Shown: positions 45,049 to 51,495 of the stretch, one piece after another
How positions within the stretch are numbered: the first letter of the stretch is position 1
Layout: each line of letters starts with the position of its first letter
Assembly: GCA_012514555.1 (NCBI GenBank)
Contig: JAAZAB010000359.1
Span: 1 to 51,495, forward strand
DNA length: 51,495 nucleotides
Direction of reading: 5' to 3'
Source: Lentisphaerota bacterium
GTDB lineage: Bacteria; Verrucomicrobiota; Kiritimatiellia; JAAZAB01
The notes under the pieces: generated by a model
Told to the model about the DNA's origin: nothing
The model's database searches: none
Seen by the model: the letters and a program-made list of their open reading frames with translations, nothing else
Made by a program: the position numbers and the translations under genes

Positions 45049-45072
45049 ATCATTCAAAACCCGGTGTATCTT
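45044..45072 (+). promoter_or_regulatory. candidate sigma70-type promoter of rubredoxin-rubrerythrin (TTGATA-N17-TATCTT)
   Basis: cTTGATAtcattcaaaacccggtgTATCTTtcc, about 70 nt upstream of the rubredoxin ATG. Confidence 0.4.
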
Positions 45073-45140
45073 TCCGTTCCGCAATCCGGCAGTAATCCGG
45101 GTACGGAAGGTGCCCTTTGTAGCCATGGAGGTGACCTGTG

Positions 45141-45299
45141 ATGCGTTACGTATGCGACGTGTGCGGCTATGTTTACGATCCAAAGACGGGCGATCCCGAC
45201 AACGGCATTGAGCCGGAAACCCCTTTTGAGAAGGTCCCCGACACATGGGTTTGCCCCGAATGCGGAGTGGGAAAGGATCAGTTCTCGCCGGAAAAATGA
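45141..45299 (+). CDS. rubredoxin
   Basis: 52-aa ORF below the track cutoff. [52 protein letters not shown] carries both CxxCG and CPxCG knuckles. GGAGGTGA RBS 6 nt upstream. Confidence 0.93.
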   Translation: MRYVCDVCGYVYDPKTGDPDNGIEPETPFEKVPDTWVCPECGVGKDQFSPEK

Positions 45300-45321
45300 T
45301 CGCAGAAAAAAGGAGTTGGCC

Positions 45322-45894
45322 ATGGATTTGAAAGGCAGTCTCACGGAACGCAATATACTGACCGCGTTTGCGGGCGAATCGCAGGCGAGGAACCGCTACA
45401 CGTATTTCGCCGGGCAGGCGCGCAAGGACAACATGGTGCAGGTCGCCCTGATTTTCGAGGAAACGGCGAATCAGGAGAAGGAGCATGCCAAGCGCCTCTT
45501 CAAGCTCCTCCAGGGCGGGGACGTTGCGATTGAAGCCGCTTTTCCGGCCGGGGTGATTGCGACGACGCACGCCAACCTGAAAGCGTCCGCGGCGGGCGAG
45601 CGCCACGAATGGTCTGAAATGTACCCGGGCTTCGCGAAGATCGCGCGCAAGGAAGGCTTTAAAGCTATTGCCGATATTTTCGAGGCGATCGCGGTGGCCG
45701 AGAAGCAGCATGAGAAGCGCTACCTTGCCCTGGCCGCCAACATAGCTGCCGGGCGGGTGTTCAAGCGCAAGAAGGCCGCGGCATGGCGCTGCATCAACTG
45801 CGGATACCTGCACAGGGGCCTGAAAGCGCCTGACGTGTGCCCGGCTTGCGCCCATCCCCAGGCTTATTTCGAACTCCTGGGCGAGAACTGGTAG
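45322..45894 (+). CDS. rbr: rubrerythrin
   Basis: 190 aa from the ATG at 45322 (AAGGAG RBS). Diiron four-helix motifs (ESQARNRY, EKEHAKR, EAIAVAEKQHEKR) plus a C-terminal rubredoxin-like CINCG...CPAC. Confidence 0.93.
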   Translation: MDLKGSLTERNILTAFAGESQARNRYTYFAGQARKDNMVQVALIFEETANQEKEHAKRLFKLLQGGDVAIEAAFPAGVIATTHANLKASAAGERHEWSEMYPGFAKIARKEGFKAIADIFEAIAVAEKQHEKRYLALAANIAAGRVFKRKKAAAWRCINCGYLHRGLKAPDVCPACAHPQAYFELLGENW

Positions 45895-45988
45895 ACCGGC
45901 AGCGCGCCATTAGGCGCGCGTCCGCATGGAAACCTGTTCAGCGCCGGCAGGGCTCAAACGACGACACACAGGAAAGGCTTGCGACCCG

Positions 45989-48169
45989 ATGACAGATGAG
46001 ATGCCCAGCGGCGCGTCTTTCGATCCGGCCCCGGCGGAAGCCCGCATTCGCGCCGCCATCGATAACCCCGAAGGCCGGGACCGCGCGACGCTTTCCGATC
46101 TTGACGGCCTGATCCGCGGCGGATTTGATGAGAAGGCGGCCGAGCTGGCCGCCCTGCTGCAGGAAGCGCTGGTAAAGAAAGGCGGCGAGGACCTTGTCCT
46201 GGATTATGTCGAATGGCTCATTGAGCGGCGGCGCGGCGAGCCTGGAATCGGGAACGCCTGCGAGCAGTTCCTTGCGGCATGCTTCGACGCCCGCCGGGAT
46301 CCCACCGGATCGGCGCTCGTGCGCGAGTGCGGTTTCACCAGCGGGCAGGATGTGCCCCTGCAGGAAGCGGCAAGGCGCCTGCGCATCCTGCGAAGGCTGG
46401 CGCCGGGCGTGTTGTGTTTTGAAAAGACATGGGGGTTCGGCGTGGTTCTCGGCGTGGATGCGCTGAACAAGAAGGTGCTTGTTGATTTTGAAAAGCGCAA
46501 GGGGCACAGGCTTTCCCTTGCTTACGCGGCGGAGACGCTCCGGCTCCTGGACGAAACACACCTGCTGTCGCGGTGGCATCGCGATCCCGGCGGGATGGCA
46601 AGCATGGCCAGGGAAAACCCGGGCGAAGTGGTGCGGCTGGCGCTGGAGGGGTTCGGGCCCATGCCCGCGGCCGCTCTGCAGGACTGCATCATCGGCCGGA
46701 TTGTTCCGGCGCCGGAGTGGAAGACGTTCTGGGAGGCGGCCCGCAAGGAATTGAAGAAGCGGGGAATCGTGGACATCCCGGCCAGGCGCACCGAAGCCAT
46801 ACGGCTGGTCGAAAAGCGCGGGGCATTCGACGCCGCCTGGTTTCGCGCGCTGGCCGAGGAGCGGGACATGGCAAGCATACTGGACAGGATCGAATCCCTG
46901 CTGCGTGAATCGGAGCCCGGAGCGCTGGATTCTTCCGCGCGGCCGGTTCTCGCGGATCGCCTTGAATTCGTCGTCATCGGCGCCGGCATGCGCAAGCCGG
47001 CCCTGGCCGGCCGCGCCGTCCTGGCATCCGACGCTCTGGGGATTCCGGACTCGGCGCGCACATTGGAATGGATCGGCGCAAGCTTGCAGCCGGACGCGCT
47101 CAGGAAGCTTCTGCTCAGCCTTCCCGCGCGCAGCGTGAGCGGCATGCTGGACCTGCTGGGCCGGTGCGATGCCGGGGCCCTGGCCTCGGCGCTGCTGGCA
47201 AACTCGAATCAACTTCCGTTCTCCATCCTGAACGCAGCGCTGAGCCACCTCGGTAAGTCCGGGCGCGCCGCGGAGCTGCTCGCCAAGATGAAGCGCGATT
47301 CCGCGCTTTGCGAGGCTTCGCCGGGCGTCCTGCTCTGGTTCGCGCGGAACATTGATGCCGCCGTTGGGGAAGGGCTGGCGCAACCTGAGATCCTGCTTGA
47401 AAACATTCTGCGCGTCCTCGAACGCGACGACCTGGTATCCGACCAGCTCCGCATGAAGAACGCGCTGCGCGACCACGTTGAGGAGCACACATGGATGGTC
47501 GGCGCCTTCGAGCGGGTGGCGGAAGGCCGCAGGAAAGAGCTGGTCGCGCGCCTGAATTCGACCGGCGCATGGCCGCCCGCGAAGCGCAGGAAGATTGCGG
47601 ATGCGATTGCAGCCCGCTTTCCCGAGCTCAAGGATGATGTGCGGCAGAATGCCGCCCCGGAATCCCGGCCGGCGGAGCGGCTCAGCTCGTTCCGCAGCCT
47701 GCGGGAGCGGGAGGCGCAGCTGAACAAGATTGTCCTGGAGGATATTCCCGCGAACAGCGCGGATATAGCGCATGCCCGAAGCTACGGCGACCTCAGCGAG
47801 AACTTCGAGTACAAGGCTGCCCGCGAGGCGCAGGACCTGCTCATGCGGCGCCGGGCCGAGCTTGAGCTTCTGCTCTCCCAGGTGCGCGGCACCGATTTCG
47901 AGGGCGCCGGATCCGGCGCTGCGGGCGCGGGAACGACGGTCCGCATCCGTCATTCCGACGGAAGCGAGACCCTGCACCACATTCTCGGCGAACTGGACAG
48001 CGATGAAAAAATGGGCGTAATCTCGTGCCTGTCCAGCCTTGCAAAGGCGCTGGCCGGCCGGCGCGCGGGCGAGACGGCGGTGATTCCGACGGCGTCCGGG
48101 GAGGAAACCTGCACGATCGTTGAAGTCTCCGCCATCCAGGAAGATATCAGGCATTGGGCCCGAGGCTGA
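45989..48169 (+). CDS. greA: GreA/GreB family transcript-cleavage factor with an N-terminal extension of about 570 aa
   Basis: The C-terminal 150 aa or so form a complete Gre module (coiled coil with YGDLSENFEYKAAREAQ, then the FKBP-like domain ...ISCLSSLAKALAGRRAGETAVI...). I prefer the ATG at 45989 over 45926 because GC3 drops to about 50% between them. Confidence 0.8.
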   Translation: MTDEMPSGASFDPAPAEARIRAAIDNPEGRDRATLSDLDGLIRGGFDEKAAELAALLQEALVKKGGEDLVLDYVEWLIERRRGEPGIGNACEQFLAACFDARRDPTGSALVRECGFTSGQDVPLQEAARRLRILRRLAPGVLCFEKTWGFGVVLGVDALNKKVLVDFEKRKGHRLSLAYAAETLRLLDETHLLSRWHRDPGGMASMARENPGEVVRLALEGFGPMPAAALQDCIIGRIVPAPEWKTFWEAARKELKKRGIVDIPARRTEAIRLVEKRGAFDAAWFRALAEERDMASILDRIESLLRESEPGALDSSARPVLADRLEFVVIGAGMRKPALAGRAVLASDALGIPDSARTLEWIGASLQPDALRKLLLSLPARSVSGMLDLLGRCDAGALASALLANSNQLPFSILNAALSHLGKSGRAAELLAKMKRDSALCEASPGVLLWFARNIDAAVGEGLAQPEILLENILRVLERDDLVSDQLRMKNALRDHVEEHTWMVGAFERVAEGRRKELVARLNSTGAWPPAKRRKIADAIAARFPELKDDVRQNAAPESRPAERLSSFRSLREREAQLNKIVLEDIPANSADIAHARSYGDLSENFEYKAAREAQDLLMRRRAELELLLSQVRGTDFEGAGSGAAGAGTTVRIRHSDGSETLHHILGELDSDEKMGVISCLSSLAKALAGRRAGETAVIPTASGEETCTIVEVSAIQEDIRHWARG

Positions 48170-48225
48170 GCGCGGGTCCGCAGCGCGCCGTCGAAACGGA
48201 TTTCATGCGGGGCGCTAGGAAACAC

Positions 48226-48723
48226 ATGAATTCGATTCTCCAGCAGTTTTGCCGCCGCGAGGCATCCTGGTTCATTCAGTTCGTCAAGTACGGAATCGCG
48301 GGCTGCCTGGCTATGGCGACCCACATGCTGGTGTTCTTCCTCTTTTCGTGGAAACTCATACCGGCGTTGGAGCCGACCGACCCGATAGTGCTGCTCCTCG
48401 GCCTGTCACCCCCGGCCGCCCTCGACCACGCTACGCGCGCGTTCCGGGCCGACGTCAACAACGGAATCGCGTTCCTGCTGTCGAACCTCGTGGCATATCT
48501 TGTCAACAAGGCGTGGGTGTTTCATCCGGGGCGCCATCACTGGCTGAAGGAGGTGGCGCTCTTTTACCTGGTTTCCGGCTTCAGCTTCGGGATCGGTTTG
48601 ATCCTGCAGGATGTGCAGATTCGCTTTTTCCACTGGTCAACGAGCCTGGCATACGTGACGATGGCGGTCGTATCGGCCCTGATAAATTACGCGATGCGCA
48701 AGTTCTTCATTTTTGCCCGGTGA
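48226..48723 (+). CDS. GtrA family membrane protein
   Basis: 165 aa from the ATG at 48226. Four TM spans. F.KYGI.G N-terminal and N....F.F C-terminal GtrA patterns (FVKYGIAGCLA..., INYAMRKFFIFAR). Confidence 0.85.
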   Translation: MNSILQQFCRREASWFIQFVKYGIAGCLAMATHMLVFFLFSWKLIPALEPTDPIVLLLGLSPPAALDHATRAFRADVNNGIAFLLSNLVAYLVNKAWVFHPGRHHWLKEVALFYLVSGFSFGIGLILQDVQIRFFHWSTSLAYVTMAVVSALINYAMRKFFIFAR

Positions 48724-48737
48724 TCCCCGCGCCCGCG

Positions 48738-49520
48738 TCAGCGCCCGAGCAAATCAAGCGCCGCGTTGCGCCCCGCGGGCGGCAGTTCGAGATGGCGCTG
48801 AAGGAAGAGTCCCGTCACGGCGGCGGCGCTTTTCCACTGGGCCGGGCTGCACCGGGCCAGCAGCGCCGACTCCATCGAGTCCGCCCCGAGCCAGAACTGG
48901 AGCAGCCCCACGATGTCGTGCGACAGGCGCTCGGCGCTTTCAGCCGCGGTTGCGCAATCGTCGCAGAGCATGCCGCCCCTTTCCAGGGAAAATGCGGAAA
49001 ACCTCGGCGCCCCTGGCCGCGCCGATGTCTCGCCGCGTATGGGCTTGCTGCATTTCAGGCAGGTGGCCAGCCGCGGGGAATGCCCGAGCGCCTGCAGCAG
49101 CCTTAGCTCGAACGAAACAAGGCACGTCTCCAGCTTCCGGCCCGACGCGGCAGCGTCCAGCGCGCTGCCCAGCAGGTCGAACACCTCGGCGTGCGGCGTT
49201 TCCGGAAGGCAGGTCCGGAGAACCGCATCGGCGAAGTATGATGCGACGCCCATCGCCTTCCAGTCGGAGCGGAATCGCGCGCGCTGATCGAGCGGGGAGC
49301 ATTCGCGCAGGATGTGCAAATCGTGGCCCGGGCGGGCATGGTAAAGAATCTCGCAGGAATAGAACAGGTCATACTGGCCAAGGAACGCGCTTTTTGGGCG
49401 CTGCGAACCTTTTGCCAGCGTGGCGATCCGCCCGCGGCTCCGGGACATCCAGGTCACGACGCGCGAGGTTTCCGAAAACGGCGCGATCCGGAGCGCGACG
49501 GCGATGTCCTTCTCAATCAT
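48738..49520 (-). CDS. recO: DNA repair protein RecO
   Basis: 260 aa. N-terminal OB fold (ALRIAPFSETSRVV) and a C-terminal zinc motif CLKCS...CDDC. Confidence 0.9.
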   Translation of the reverse strand: MIEKDIAVALRIAPFSETSRVVTWMSRSRGRIATLAKGSQRPKSAFLGQYDLFYSCEILYHARPGHDLHILRECSPLDQRARFRSDWKAMGVASYFADAVLRTCLPETPHAEVFDLLGSALDAAASGRKLETCLVSFELRLLQALGHSPRLATCLKCSKPIRGETSARPGAPRFSAFSLERGGMLCDDCATAAESAERLSHDIVGLLQFWLGADSMESALLARCSPAQWKSAAAVTGLFLQRHLELPPAGRNAALDLLGR

Positions 49521-50292
49521 CCGGGTGTTCCCCGGCCCACAGGTCGACCGACTCCAGCAGGCTGGACCCCGGAACCGCCTCCCGGCTCCCGGGAAGAACG
49601 GCGCCTATTGACATTATCGTCTTCATGGCCTCGGCGATGGTCATGTCTGTGGGAATGATGTCGGACTTCGGCACGATGATCAGAAAACCGGTCGTGGGGT
49701 TCGGCGTGGTCGGAACGCAGACCAGAACGCATTCCTGTCCGGCCTTGCCCGGAATCATCGTGTTGAGCGCGCCCGGCGGAATGTCGTTCGTGACGAAACC
49801 CACCGAATAAAGGCCGACGCGCGGGAACTCCACTATCACGGCGCGCTTCAGCAGGAGCTTCCTGGAACTTACTATGGTTTCGCTGACCTGGCGCAATGAA
49901 AGGTAGATCGTGTTGATCAGGGGCATCCGGCTTAGAATCCGGTCGGCGGCCTTGTAGAGGTATTTTCCGGCAAGGTTGCGGGTGAGCAATCCCATCAGGA
50001 AAAGAATGCACACCACTATCAGCAGCGCGAGCGCCCGGTAGTAAATTGCGTGCGGCTGCGCGAGAACGGACTTGGGCAGGAGGAGCCCGGTGATGGAAGT
50101 GAAGAGAAAGATCACTATCAGCACGGTGAGCCCGAGCGGAGAAACGAGCATGAGGCCGACCAGGATGTTTGACCGGATGCTGCGCAGCGCGGACCGGGCA
50201 GGGGAGGGGGGCAAAGGCCCCGTATTTTCAGATGACCGCGTCTTATCCATTATATGCGCCACTTCGCCCGGTTGCCGGGCTTGTTGAAACAT
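49513..50292 (-). CDS. DUF502 domain-containing membrane protein
   Basis: Two N-terminal TMs. LLTRNLAGKYL..RMPLINTIY and VPTTPNPTTGFL motifs are typical of DUF502. The ATG at 50292 is preceded by GGAAGG. The 3' end overlaps recO by 8 nt. Confidence 0.85.
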   Translation of the reverse strand: MFQQARQPGEVAHIMDKTRSSENTGPLPPSPARSALRSIRSNILVGLMLVSPLGLTVLIVIFLFTSITGLLLPKSVLAQPHAIYYRALALLIVVCILFLMGLLTRNLAGKYLYKAADRILSRMPLINTIYLSLRQVSETIVSSRKLLLKRAVIVEFPRVGLYSVGFVTNDIPPGALNTMIPGKAGQECVLVCVPTTPNPTTGFLIIVPKSDIIPTDMTIAEAMKTIMSIGAVLPGSREAVPGSSLLESVDLWAGEHPDD

Positions 50293-50365
50293 CGGGACCT
50301 TCCGGCCTCCAGCAGGAACCAAGCCTGACGAATGGCTGCCCCGGGGTCAAGAGCAAACAGCGGCG

Positions 50366-51495
50366 TCAGCCTATCCTGAACCGCGTCACTTCGCCTTTCA
50401 GTCCCTGCACGGCCTCATTGAGCGCCTCGGCGACCTTTCCGAACTCATGCAGCGATTCCCTGGTCTGGAGCGCAACCGCGGAGAGCTGCTTCATGGCTAC
50501 GGTGATTTGCTGGGCGCCCTCGGCCTGGCGGTTCATGCCGTCCTTGACCTGGTCGAACCGGGGCGAGAGGGTCTTAACCTGGTCTATGACCGAGCCGAGC
50601 TGGGCGGCGATGGCCGCGACTTCATCGACGCTTTTGCGGACCTCGTCGGCGAACTTGTCCATTTCCATTACGCCCGAGGATACGGACGACTGCATTTCGC
50701 GGACCATTTGCTCGATGTCCTGCGTGGCTGTCGCGGTTTGTTCCGCGAGCCTGCTTGTTTCGCGGGCCACCACGGCGAAGCCCTTTCCGAATTCGCCCGC
50801 GCTTTCGGCCTCGATTGCGGCGTTGAGCGAGAGGAGGTTGGTCTGGTCGGATATCTTGTTGATGGCGGTGACGACGCTGGAAATCTTGTTGGCCTTTCCG
50901 CTGATGACTGCCAGCTTGGAGGATATCGAGCCGGTTGCCGCGACGAGCTGGCGCATGGCCTGCTCCATGCGGCTGAGGTCGGTCCTTCCCGATTCGGCAG
51001 TGTTCGCGGTCCGGGCCATGGCCTGGGCCACGCCGCCCATGGCTTCCACGAGCCCGTCCGTGGTCCCGGCTATCTCACGGGTGGTTTCAGTGACTTCCCT
51101 GACCGAGGCGGACTGTTCGGCGGCCGCGGTTTCCATCTGGCGCGCGCCCGCGGTGATTTCGGTGGAGGAGGTGGTGACCTGTATTCCGGAGCGCAGGACC
51201 TGGCCGATGAGCGTTTCCAGGCCGGCGATCATTTCGCGAAAAGCTTTCATCAGCACCGTCACCTCGCGCTCCGAAACGAGGAAGCGGCGCAGGCGCCCGC
51301 GCCCGAGGGACTCCGCATCGAAGGCTTCCAGGCTTTTGCGCGCCGCGGCAATTTCGCCGCGCGCGATGTCGCCGGCAACGCGGCCGATCACTCCGAGCGG
51401 CCGGGCCACGCGCTCGCCCACGGCGAGGGCGGCCAGGATGGCAATGATGAGAATCACGAGCCCGGCAAGGCTTAGCGTGACAGCCAGGCTGGTCA
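50366..51495 (-). CDS. methyl-accepting chemotaxis protein (HAMP + MCP signalling domain); 5' end beyond the window
   Basis: Highly conserved hairpin-tip region DQTNLLSLNAAIEAESAGEFGKGFAVVARETSRLAEQT. The frame stays open to the window end (…TSLAVTLSLAGLVILIIAILAA), so the N-terminus is missing. Confidence 0.9.
   Translation of the reverse strand, partial: TSLAVTLSLAGLVILIIAILAALAVGERVARPLGVIGRVAGDIARGEIAAARKSLEAFDAESLGRGRLRRFLVSEREVTVLMKAFREMIAGLETLIGQVLRSGIQVTTSSTEITAGARQMETAAAEQSASVREVTETTREIAGTTDGLVEAMGGVAQAMARTANTAESGRTDLSRMEQAMRQLVAATGSISSKLAVISGKANKISSVVTAINKISDQTNLLSLNAAIEAESAGEFGKGFAVVARETSRLAEQTATATQDIEQMVREMQSSVSSGVMEMDKFADEVRKSVDEVAAIAAQLGSVIDQVKTLSPRFDQVKDGMNRQAEGAQQITVAMKQLSAVALQTRESLHEFGKVAEALNEAVQGLKGEVTRFRIG

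Noticed and set aside
45044-45057. TTGATatcaTTCAA read as a CRP/FNR-family binding site.
   Set aside because: It has one mismatch to TTGAT-N4-ATCAA. Its centre lies only about 28 nt upstream of the TSS predicted from the TTGATA-N17-TATCTT element, not at the -41.5 or -61.5 positions of class II or class I activation. I mention it only as an alternative reading of the palindrome region.
45902-45919. 7-bp hairpin (GCGCGCC-atta-GGCGCGC) just after the rubrerythrin stop, considered as a terminator.
   Set aside because: There is no U-tract, and it lies only about 70 nt before the preferred greA-family start with no room for a recognisable promoter. Its function is unclear.
45938-48154. 738-aa ORF on the minus strand mirroring almost the entire GreA-family gene.
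   Set aside because: The plus-strand product has a recognisable complete Gre module and GC3-rich codon usage. The minus-strand product is Arg/Ala/Gly/Pro-rich with no motif. Stop-free antisense frames are expected when sense codons are GC3-rich. I treat it as a compositional artefact.
1-51495. Searched by eye for CRISPR repeats, tRNA or rRNA genes, IS elements, integrases, phage genes, toxin-antitoxin pairs and known defence-system genes.
   Set aside because: I found no regularly spaced direct repeats, no T-loop-like GGTTCGAATCC motifs and no transposase, integrase or reverse-transcriptase-like ORFs. All gaps are 227 bp or shorter. A tool-based scan (tRNAscan-SE, Infernal, CRISPRCasFinder, DefenseFinder or PADLOC) would be needed to be certain.

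Overview
This is a high-GC (roughly 65%) bacterial chromosomal window that is almost entirely coding. I support 44 CDS. Reading both strands by eye, I found no rRNA or tRNA gene, CRISPR array, transposase, integrase or phage gene.

Gene content, in order:
- 1-2.9 kb, minus strand: a deoxy-hexose trio of GH29 alpha-L-fucosidase, Gfo/Idh/MocA oxidoreductase and RhaM-type mutarotase.
- 2.96-9.13 kb, minus strand: a marR / outer-membrane factor / periplasmic adaptor / RND permease efflux operon, with a near-consensus promoter and a palindrome in its spacer.
- 9.3-17.2 kb, plus strand: class II aldolase, a second Gfo/Idh/MocA enzyme, a CHASE2 class III adenylate cyclase, a long-form serine acetyltransferase coupled to a DUF1573 protein, and an FGGY kinase.
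- 17.2-20.6 kb: an archaeal-type ThyA-like protein, a secreted FG-GAP repeat protein and an uncharacterised protein.
- 20.7-26.3 kb: a glycan locus of two GT4 glycosyltransferases and a 1092-aa fusion of a Wzy/O-antigen-ligase domain with a heparinase II/III-like domain.
- 26.4-41.8 kb: housekeeping genes hom, cimA, valS, an RRM RNA-binding protein, deoB, deoC, proS, lysA, argD, argB, argJ, rpsI and rplM.
- 42.0-45.0 kb, minus strand: an operon of an NqrF/FNR-like reductase, a hypothetical protein, trmJ and a membrane-anchored phosphatase.
- 45.1-45.9 kb, diverging from that operon: rubredoxin (a 52-aa ORF absent from the supplied track) and rubrerythrin.
- 46.0-51.5 kb: a 726-aa GreA-family protein with a long N-terminal extension, GtrA, recO, DUF502 and a partial MCP.

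The long GreA, DUF1573 and fucosidase content suggest a PVC-type (Kiritimatiellae, Verrucomicrobia or Lentisphaerae-like) organism. That is inference only.

I see no defence island or mobile element. The most unusual items are:
- the polymerase/ligase-lyase fusion;
- the divergent ThyA-like / FG-GAP / unknown gene trio;
- the extended GreA;
- the reductase-rubredoxin-rubrerythrin module with a palindromic operator candidate.

Many very long ORFs antisense to real genes are compositional artefacts of the GC content.
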